Assembly (NCBI GenBank): GCA_049289815.1
Contig: JBATMK010000325.1
Span: forward strand, 848-64,847
From: Flavobacteriales bacterium
Lineage (GTDB): Bacteria; Bacteroidota; Bacteroidia; Flavobacteriales_F; PHOS-HE28
Length of the DNA: 64,000 nucleotides
Reading direction: 5' to 3'
The number at the start of each line of letters is the position of its first letter. Within the stretch, counting starts at the first letter, position 1. A program made the position numbers and the translations under genes. Positions 1 through 7,194 of the stretch are shown piece by piece. A model generated the notes under the pieces. It was not told the origin of the DNA and searched no databases. It worked only from the letters and a program-made list of their open reading frames with translations.

Positions 1-403
1 CCGGTACTAACGCGCGCTGAATGGTCGATCGTTGCCGACTTGTCTCTGAACCATCGTCGCGCAAGAGCTCGGACAACCTCGCCCGAAGTGAACTCACGAA
101 GGACGGTCCGGCAAAAAGCAGCTCGTCCAACGAGCCGTAGTAGACCGCTCCTCCTTGATGAACGGCTTCCGGTAACAGTCCTTCCTCGAAGAGCAGATTC
201 AGATCGATGCCGAAATCACCTATGCGGCTCCACACGGAAGGGTTTGGATCGTCCTTTCTGTACCCGCACCCGAACGGCAGGTTCTGGATCGGGAAATCTG
301 AACCACTGGGAACATCGACCCAACTGCGTAAGGCGGGATCGTTGGCGGGTATCTTGGTCGAGGACATGGGCCAAAGGTCTTCCTTACAAGAGCATCTCCG
401 TGC

Positions 404-871
404 ATGAAGGCCGAACATGCGAATGCGAGATGGTTGGTGGTGGTGCTGGTTGCAGGCCATATGGCGTTGCTGGCCGCTTACACGCTTCCCGGCATTTGGG
501 TGCCAACACGGCTGCGCTTCTGGTCGCAGGCGTATACCCGTGTGCTGTTCCACCAGGATTGGCGGCTCTTCGCGCCGGAACCGCCTGCGTGCGGCTGCGC
601 CGTGCAGGTGAAGGGCAGCGAGGACACCGAATGGGTGGATCTCAATTCGGTGCATTCCCATTTCCTGTGGGAAAGGATGTGCAGCAATGCCTGCCGTTAT
701 GCCGAGGTGGGGCTGGCTGCTGGTGACAGTGCTGTGGTGGCCCCTGTCCCGCTCACCGTATCGCTGGAACGGATGGCGGAAGCAGTTCCTCGCAAGGGGC
801 TGCTGGAGGCGAGATTGTTGCGCGATGGCGCATCACGCGAGCGTATCGCGATCGAATTGACCACGCACTGA
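404..871 (+). CDS. DUF5819-like small protein, the usual partner of HTTM-domain proteins
   Basis: 155-aa ORF with an N-terminal TM segment and the motifs WVPTRLRFW ... FHQDWRLFAPEPP ... CGC. Its stop overlaps the start of the downstream HTTM gene (TGATG at 869-873), which suggests translational coupling. Confidence 0.45.
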   Translation: MKAEHANARWLVVVLVAGHMALLAAYTLPGIWVPTRLRFWSQAYTRVLFHQDWRLFAPEPPACGCAVQVKGSEDTEWVDLNSVHSHFLWERMCSNACRYAEVGLAAGDSAVVAPVPLTVSLERMAEAVPRKGLLEARLLRDGASRERIAIELTTH

Positions 872-1710
872 TGAAAGAGGTGACGCGCTTGTTCCGTTTT
901 GCCTTGTACGCTTGGCTCTTTTTCTACTCGACCGCCGTTCTCTTCTTGGGCGAGGATGCCTTCGTGAGCGCTCCTGTTCAACTGGCCCGTGGTGGTGGTC
1001 TTCTTTCGGGCATCGGTGAATTGGTCGGAGCGGCCACACCAGAGGTTTGCATGGCGATCGTCATGGCGCTGATGCTCTTGTCCATTGGCATGGTGCGTTG
1101 GCCGCGTTGGTGGCTGGGCCTATTGACCTGGCTCTTGTTCCGCAGCGTCACGCACCGCATGTGGCTGGCCAGTAACGGTGGGATCCAACTGATTGAGAAC
1201 ATGCTGTTCTGGTCGTCGTTCATGTCGTTCCCATCACGGCAAGCGTATGGCCACATGACCACATGGCCACATGAACTCATGTCCTCTTCTGCTTTCTGGA
1301 TCGGGCGTCTTCAGCTCCTACTTCCTTATGCTGTGGCAGCGGCGCACAAATTCACCGGCACCACTTGGCTGGACGGTACCGCGATGTCGCTCGTGGCGGC
1401 CGACCCCACGTTCCACCTCGGCTGGCTCGTGACGTCCCCGGTGGTCTGTATGGTGCTCACCTACGCCACTCTTGGCTTCATGACACTCTTCCCGCTGGCG
1501 GTCTGGTGGAAGCCCACGCGGCGCCTGTGGCTGTGCATCGGTGTAGTGTTCCACTTGAGCACGGCCATCTTCATGGACATCCCGCAGATGGCCTTCGCTT
1601 TCATTGCGTGCTATTCGATTTGGTTGAACGAGGACGAAGCGCAGGTGGTCATGCAACGCCTGCAACTCCTCTTGAGGCCGAACGCTGTGCGCGGTATGCG
1701 CACTGCGTGA
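871..1710 (+). CDS. HTTM-domain (vitamin K-dependent gamma-carboxylase-like) integral membrane protein
   Basis: 279 aa, multi-pass and hydrophobic. The N-terminal LFRFALYAWLFFYS ... RWPRWWLGLL pattern is typical of HTTM proteins. It is paired with a DUF5819-like upstream gene. Confidence 0.5.
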   Translation: MKEVTRLFRFALYAWLFFYSTAVLFLGEDAFVSAPVQLARGGGLLSGIGELVGAATPEVCMAIVMALMLLSIGMVRWPRWWLGLLTWLLFRSVTHRMWLASNGGIQLIENMLFWSSFMSFPSRQAYGHMTTWPHELMSSSAFWIGRLQLLLPYAVAAAHKFTGTTWLDGTAMSLVAADPTFHLGWLVTSPVVCMVLTYATLGFMTLFPLAVWWKPTRRLWLCIGVVFHLSTAIFMDIPQMAFAFIACYSIWLNEDEAQVVMQRLQLLLRPNAVRGMRTA

Positions 1711-1717
1711 TCCATCA

Positions 1718-2720
1718 TCAGCGCTTGGCCTTCACCGGACCTTCGATCCTCGTGTTCACGGTGTTGAAGTCGTGTCGATCACTGGCTTGTATCCCCGTTG
1801 CAGCAGGTGGTGGCTCGTGCATCAGCACTTCAGGGAACAGCTTGGTGGCCGACGCTGTTTCACCGGGCTGCGGAAAGTCGCGCGCCCATTCCTTGTGGTT
1901 GTACACGCACACCGGCAGGCAGATACTGCAGTAGTTGTGCTTCGCGAAGTAGGGAAAGCACTTGCCGGTGTCCACTTGGTAACGGTCATTGCCCAGATGG
2001 TCCTTTCCGGCAGCGGGGTTGCGGTGATCGGGGATGGCCTTCGCCGGGCAATAGATGCGGCACGCTTTGCAGCTATCGCAGAACGCGGCGATGCCGGCGT
2101 CGATCGGATGGTCCACCGCCATGGGGATGGAAGTGATCACGCTTCCCATGCGGAAGAGCGGACCGAGTTCCGGATGGATGATGGAACCATGGCGGCCCAG
2201 TTCACCGAAGCCGGCCTTTAAACCGATCGGGATGTGCAGTAGATCGCTGTCCCCGATGGGATGTTCCACAGTGCATGTGTATCCTATCGAGCGTATCCAC
2301 GCTGCTAGGTTGATCACCGTTTCGCCCAGCGTCCAATAGATGCGTAAGCATTCAACCGCGCTGGCGTGCGACGGCACTACTTGGAATTCGGTCCAACGCA
2401 TCCGTTGGCCAACAGCGATCGCGTGGGTCTCGTTCACCGATCGGCCACGGTAGATGTCGCTGGGCTCGATCAGGCAGATCCCCGCGATGTCCGCACCGAA
2501 CTCCCGGGCTTTCGCTTTCACCGCTGCACTGGCTTCCTCTTCCGTGGCGAAGACGTGGCGTTGCGGTGCCGTGGGTCCATTGAAGCGCTTGTACTGGTCC
2601 TCGTAGATCGCCTTCAGGTACTCGTTCACCTCGGCGATGCTGATGGAACGGCCACCCACTGCGGCGTACCAGTGATCCCATGAGAACGCCGGTGGGGATG
2701 TAGCGGAAGCGTCGATGGTC
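1718..2720 (-). CDS. 4Fe-4S dicluster domain protein (QueG / reductive-dehalogenase-like iron-sulfur oxidoreductase)
   Basis: Two ferredoxin-type Cys motifs, CDSCKACRIYCP and CSICLPVCVYN. Start refined to the ATG at 2718-2720 (MTIDASATSPP...). The 603-aa track ORF 1718..3529 is an upstream over-extension that overlaps a real opposite-strand gene. Confidence 0.5.
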
Positions 2721-2788
2721 ATCGATCCGAATGTAGGGTGGTGCACGTAGCTCACGTGGCGGGAACATCCGCCAGCTATCCTTGTGCC

Positions 2789-3457
2789 ATGCAGCAGCAG
2801 ATGAACGGGAACCTCCGATGTGCGTTCACCATCAGCTTGCTCTTGCTGCTGGCCGGTTGCAGCATCAACAACCCGTTGAAGTATTACGCCGCCGCCCAAG
2901 CCCGCAAACCGTACGATGCCGTGATCGTGCCCGGCGTGCCGTATGACGGTGTGTACTGGGACCCGATCATGAAAGGCCGCGTGCACTGGGCCGTATTGCT
3001 GTACAAGAAGGGGCTCACGAAGAACATCATCTTCAGCGGCGCCGCGGTTTACACGCCGTATGTGGAAGCGGAGGTGATGTCGCTCTACGCTCAGCAGCTC
3101 GGCGTGCCGAAGGAGCATTGCCTGCTCGACCCGAGAGCGGAGCACAGCACGGAGAATTTGTTCTATGGCTGGAAAGTGGCACGGGACAAGGGCTTCACGA
3201 AGGTGGGCCTGGCCACCGATCCGTTCCAGGCGAAGATGACCCGGTCGTTCGCGAAGAAGATGCATCGCAAACTCGGTGCGGATCTGGATCTCATCCCGAT
3301 CGTTTCCGACACCCTGGACATGTTCTCCTTGATCACGCCCACCATCGATCCTACCACCGCGCGGGTCGACTCGTTCATTTCCATTTATGATCGGGAAGGA
3401 TTCTGGAAACGCTTTCGTGGAACGCTCGGGAAGAACGTGGACTGGAAGGCGCCCTGA
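2789..3457 (+). CDS. DUF218 / YdcF-ElyC-SanA family lipoprotein
   Basis: Lipoprotein signal peptide with lipobox (LLLLLAGCS). DUF218 core motifs VIVPGVPYDG ... GRVHWAVLLYKKGLTKNIIFSGAAV. Start refined to M at 2789. Confidence 0.55.
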   Translation: MQQQMNGNLRCAFTISLLLLLAGCSINNPLKYYAAAQARKPYDAVIVPGVPYDGVYWDPIMKGRVHWAVLLYKKGLTKNIIFSGAAVYTPYVEAEVMSLYAQQLGVPKEHCLLDPRAEHSTENLFYGWKVARDKGFTKVGLATDPFQAKMTRSFAKKMHRKLGADLDLIPIVSDTLDMFSLITPTIDPTTARVDSFISIYDREGFWKRFRGTLGKNVDWKAP

Positions 3458-3556
3458 CTCCGGCTTGGTCTCGCGCCCCGCAAGCACGACAGGTCGAAGG
3501 TCACGGCGGGATGGGTGCGCCGGAACCAATGCGCGGATCCGTTCAGCGGAACGGCC

Positions 3557-4384
3557 TCACTTGCACAACCGGAACTGTGCGCCCAACGCCGTGCACCACT
3601 GCACATACCAGAAGTGTTGGCTGGCGCGATCGGCATCATCACCGGTGGTGAGCACATCCAGCAGATCGATGTAGCCGCCACGTACCATGCTACGCAGGAA
3701 GATGGTCTTGAAGACCGTGATGTGCAGACCACCCTGCGCCCCCGCACCCCAGCCTGCCAGATGGAACCGGTTGTTCAGTCCTTCACCGAAGAGGCGCACG
3801 TCGCTGCGCGGCACCACCGCGCCGGCATGTGCGCCGAGGAAGGCATCCACGGCGTGCCGCTTGTTGCGGCTTTGCCACAGCCGGTCGTAGTGATCCATGT
3901 CGACGGCGATGAGGTTGAGCCCATCGGTGTGCTCGTACCGGAGGAAGTCATCGGTGAGGGTAACCTCTTGTGTGCCGTGGTAACCGCCGGTTTCGCCGGT
4001 GCCGGTTGGGCGCGCGTAGCCGTCCATAAGCACTTTCTGGTTCTGGTCCACCACATATTTCATGTGGTCCATTCCCAGCGAAAGGCTCCAATGATCGCGG
4101 AGGAAGTAGCCCACACGATAGTTGTACTGCGGGATCCAGATGCTGCTCGGTGCCAAATAGGTCTTGGCATCGAAGTTCACCGGCCGATCATGGGCACGCA
4201 CTTCGCGCAGCGAGAACTCGTGATCATCGCCTTCGAAGCGGATATCGCTCGGCGTGTACCAGGCCCGGTTGTATCCCCAGTAAAGGAACCACTGCCCCTT
4301 CGCTGATGTGCTCTTGTGTATTGCTTCATCCTGCGCGTGGATGCGAGAGGACAGCAGGAGGAGCAGGAGCAGGAGCGACCTCAT
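3557..4384 (-). CDS. Secreted or outer-membrane hypothetical protein
   Basis: 275 aa. Cleavable signal peptide MRSLLLLLLLLSSRIHAQ. Aromatic-rich, possibly a beta-barrel. I recognised no named domain. Confidence 0.4.
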   Translation of the reverse strand: MRSLLLLLLLLSSRIHAQDEAIHKSTSAKGQWFLYWGYNRAWYTPSDIRFEGDDHEFSLREVRAHDRPVNFDAKTYLAPSSIWIPQYNYRVGYFLRDHWSLSLGMDHMKYVVDQNQKVLMDGYARPTGTGETGGYHGTQEVTLTDDFLRYEHTDGLNLIAVDMDHYDRLWQSRNKRHAVDAFLGAHAGAVVPRSDVRLFGEGLNNRFHLAGWGAGAQGGLHITVFKTIFLRSMVRGGYIDLLDVLTTGDDADRASQHFWYVQWCTALGAQFRLCK

Positions 4385-4388
4385 GTCG

Positions 4389-5705
4389 TCACCATGCGCA
4401 AAGCGGCCGTAAGCGCATCATGCCACCCACTTGGAAACGCACGCGGTCCAGTTCGGCCGTGTTGCCCGCGTTCTTCAATGCGGTGTCGATCATCTGAGCC
4501 ACTTGTGCGCACTCGGTTTCCTTCAGCCCACGCGAGGTAACGGCCGGCGTACCGATGCGGATGCCGCTGGTGACGAAGGGGCTCTGCGTATCGAAGGGTA
4601 CCATGTTCTTGTTCACTGTGATGCCAGCCGTGCCCAACGCGACCTCGGCATCCTTGCCGGTGATGTCCTTGTTGCGCAGATCGATGAGCATGCAATGGTT
4701 GTCGGTGCCCCCGCTCACGATGTTGTAGCCCTTGGCCACGAGTGCCTTGGCGATGGCCTTGGCATTGGCGATCACTTGCTTGCCGTAAGTGGTGAAGGAA
4801 GGATCCAATGCTTCGCCGAAGGCAACGGCCTTGGCGGCGATCACGTGTTCCAGCGGACCACCCTGCGTGCCGGGGAATACGGCCCCGTCCAGCACTGCGC
4901 TCATCTTGCGCACCTCACCTTTCGGTGTCTTCAAGCCCCACGGATTGTCGAAGTCGCGGCCCATCATGATCAAGCCGCCGCGGGGGCCGCGCAGTGTTTT
5001 GTGCGTGGTGGTGGTAACGATGTGGCAATGGGGCAGCGGATCGTTCAGCAGCTTGGCGGCGATGAGGCCAGCGGGGTGGCTCACGTCGGCCATGAGCAAC
5101 GCACCCACTTCATCGGCGATCTCACGGAAGCGCTTGTAATCCCAATCGCGACTGTAGGCGCTGGCCCCGCAGATGATGAGTTTCGGTTGCTCCTTGCGCG
5201 CTGTCTCCGCAACGATGTCCATGTCCACCCGGCCGGTCTCCTTGTTCACGCCGTAGAACGTGGCGTGATAGAGCTTGCCACTGAAGTTCACAGGGCTGCC
5301 GTGGGTCAGGTGCCCGCCATGGCTCAGGTCGAAACCCAGGATCGTATCACCGGGCTTCAAACAACCGAGCATCACGCTCGCATTGGCCTGCGCACCGCTG
5401 TGCGGTTGCACATTGGCCCATGCCGCTCCGAAGAGTTTTTTCACGCGATCGATCGCGAGGTTCTCCACCTGGTCCACGAATTCGCAACCGCCGTAGTAGC
5501 GCTTGCCCGGAAGCCCCTCAGCATACTTGTTGGTGAGCACACTGCCCATTGCGGCCATCACCTGGGCGCTCACGAAATTCTCACTGGCGATCAACTCAAG
5601 GCCATTGGTCTGGCGCAAGCGTTCGCGTTCGATCAGGTCGAAGATGGGGGTGTCGGCGTGCACCACGGGGGGGGCGGGAGCCGTGGTATCGGTGGTTTCT
5701 TCCAT
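4389..5705 (-). CDS. glyA: Serine hydroxymethyltransferase
   Basis: 438 aa. Hallmark SHMT motifs: [29 protein letters not shown], the PLP-lysine region [14 protein letters not shown], and ALKNAG near the C-terminus. Confidence 0.95.
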   Translation of the reverse strand: MEETTDTTAPAPPVVHADTPIFDLIERERLRQTNGLELIASENFVSAQVMAAMGSVLTNKYAEGLPGKRYYGGCEFVDQVENLAIDRVKKLFGAAWANVQPHSGAQANASVMLGCLKPGDTILGFDLSHGGHLTHGSPVNFSGKLYHATFYGVNKETGRVDMDIVAETARKEQPKLIICGASAYSRDWDYKRFREIADEVGALLMADVSHPAGLIAAKLLNDPLPHCHIVTTTTHKTLRGPRGGLIMMGRDFDNPWGLKTPKGEVRKMSAVLDGAVFPGTQGGPLEHVIAAKAVAFGEALDPSFTTYGKQVIANAKAIAKALVAKGYNIVSGGTDNHCMLIDLRNKDITGKDAEVALGTAGITVNKNMVPFDTQSPFVTSGIRIGTPAVTSRGLKETECAQVAQMIDTALKNAGNTAELDRVRFQVGGMMRLRPLCAW

Positions 5706-5744
5706 GGTGGGCCTAAGGTAGAAGCGCGGTGGTGAGCAACGAAA

Positions 5745-6203
5745 TCACCGGATGCTTTGTGCGCCCAAGGCTTTGCCCGCCACCAGGACCAACATCACCA
5801 CAGGGTATTGTACCATGTGCAGGAGCTTCACGCCCACATCCGCCAAAGGTGGCAGCCATGCAGAGAATAAGTGCAGCACCAGTGCCAGCCCGCACACCGC
5901 ACCTACGGCCAGAACGATCGGTCGCGAGTAGCTCCATCGCCTGAACAGCAAGAAGGCCAGTACCGTGGCGAGCGAAGTCATGACCAGGACATATCCGATG
6001 GACAGAGCCCACTTCAACCCATTGAGCTGGCCGAGTGACCAGCCATGGGTCCAAGCCTGGAAGATGGAATGCGCATACGAGAAGCCCGTTGCCCGGCGCA
6101 CGTGGTCCAACTGGTAGTTGAGGTTCAGGAACAGGAACTCGCGCAGGGCCCCCAGTGCGATAGCTGCTGCAAGCACTGCTGCGATCGCGAGCCTGCGCTT
6201 CAT
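5745..6203 (-). CDS. Exosortase F system-associated membrane protein (XrtF partner)
   Basis: About 152-aa hydrophobic protein immediately downstream of the XrtF-like gene, with a 4-nt overlap. Start refined to MKRRLAIAAVLAA at 6203. This gene order matches the XrtF operon convention. Confidence 0.45.
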   Translation of the reverse strand: MKRRLAIAAVLAAAIALGALREFLFLNLNYQLDHVRRATGFSYAHSIFQAWTHGWSLGQLNGLKWALSIGYVLVMTSLATVLAFLLFRRWSYSRPIVLAVGAVCGLALVLHLFSAWLPPLADVGVKLLHMVQYPVVMLVLVAGKALGAQSIR

Positions 6204-6748
6204 GTTGCGGCGGACGTCGCGCTGAAGCGCTTCACCCAAAGCCACCACAGCAGGAACACCCAGCCGTACACCACGATGTAGAACACGTAATCGTGGTTGA
6301 AGGTGAGCCACTCATAGTTGTATGTGACCACGATGGAGAGGGCTGCCACGCGCACGGCATTGATCAGGTGGATGCTGAGCAACCCGACGAGGAGGAACCA
6401 GCTGCGGTGCTTCCACGCGCCGGGGTAAGCAATGATGAACACGGCGAACACGGCCATGACCATCACCCCGTTGCACGGATCGCCGATCCACAGCGGGTGT
6501 CCGCCCTGCACGCCGATGGTGCGGTAGTGCTCCGGGTCCGGTTCCGGAAGCAGTTCGTACCCCAGTCCCCTCAAAATGAGCCCCGCCACCAGGATGAGAT
6601 TACCGATCACCACCCGATCTAGCCACGCACTTGGATGCAGGACCAGATAGTAAAGGAGCAACCAACAAGCGAACAAGATGAAGCCGAAGACGAGGAAGCG
6701 GAGGAGAGGATCCTTCTTCACCACCGCCAAGGTGGGAAGCGCCGGCAT
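6200..6748 (-). CDS. xrtF: Exosortase family protein, XrtF-type (small Bacteroidota exosortase)
   Basis: 182 aa with about six TM segments. Contains the conserved motifs IGDPCNG and R..A. The size and architecture match the small XrtF subfamily, and the partner gene sits directly downstream. Confidence 0.6.
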   Translation of the reverse strand: MPALPTLAVVKKDPLLRFLVFGFILFACWLLLYYLVLHPSAWLDRVVIGNLILVAGLILRGLGYELLPEPDPEHYRTIGVQGGHPLWIGDPCNGVMVMAVFAVFIIAYPGAWKHRSWFLLVGLLSIHLINAVRVAALSIVVTYNYEWLTFNHDYVFYIVVYGWVFLLWWLWVKRFSATSAAT

Positions 6749-6972
6749 CAGCGCGCGGCCTTGCGCTGTCGGCGCAGGTTGAGGGCCATCTTACTTCCGA
6801 AGAGGACACCGGCAGCAGCCAGCAGGCTTACGCCTCCGTCGATCGGGATGCAAGGCGGGGGCCAACAAGGAGGCGGCCCACCGATCGGCGGACCACCCTG
6901 TGCTAAGAGGCCACCAACAGCAGGTACCACCAACATTAAGAGAAGGAGGAGGGAGCGCAAAGACAACCGCAT
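6748..6972 (-). CDS. Small secreted Pro/Gly/Cys-rich peptide with a C-terminal exosortase-type sorting signal (putative XrtF cargo)
   Basis: 74 aa. Signal peptide MRLSLRSLLLLLMLVVPAVGGLLAQ. The mature part is GGPPIGGPPPCWPPPCIP. It is followed by PID + GGVSLLAAAGVLFGS (TM) + KMALNLRRQRKAAR (basic tail). Its stop codon overlaps the xrtF start. Confidence 0.4.
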   Translation of the reverse strand: MRLSLRSLLLLLMLVVPAVGGLLAQGGPPIGGPPPCWPPPCIPIDGGVSLLAAAGVLFGSKMALNLRRQRKAAR

Positions 6973-7125
6973 ATTGAGGCGAACAGGGTCAGGATTCAGA
7001 AGTGGCCAAAAGTAGGAGAATTGTGATGCGGGATCAGGGACATCCCCGAAGGATCATCAACAGGATCCGACGGGTTACGCGATACCCGCGACGGGCACCC
7101 TTGCTGGGTGGTCCGGCGCTGACCG

Positions 7126-7152
7126 GCGGGCATATATTCGCGCCCGCTTTTT
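7126..7152 (+). promoter_or_regulatory. GC hairpin followed by TTTTT (terminator/attenuator-like) in the wzc leader
   Basis: GCGGGC-atatattcgc-GCCCGC, then TTTTT at 7148-7152. It lies 40 nt upstream of the wzc ATG and contains a TATATT -10-like hexamer. Confidence 0.3.
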
Positions 7153-7194
7153 CCGGTGCGGCCCAATGGGCCCATCGTGGCGGAGAACCCCCAG

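Noticed and set aside
40-726. 228-aa + ORF at the window start, plus nested small ORFs on both strands (207..407, 220..405, and a 75-aa minus-strand ORF 142..367 that I translated by hand)
   Set aside because: Arg/Pro/Gly-rich composition is typical of spurious ORFs in high-GC DNA. It overlaps the better-supported DUF5819-like gene (404..871). There are no recognisable motifs. I left 1..400 uncalled. A gene truncated by the window edge cannot be excluded.
1718-3529. 603-aa minus-strand ORF in the track
   Set aside because: Only the C-terminal roughly 334 aa (1718..2720) has a protein-like 4Fe-4S sequence. The upstream part is Arg/His-rich junk. It overlaps, in antisense, a clearly real + strand DUF218 lipoprotein gene (2789..3457). 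I therefore trimmed the start to the internal ATG.
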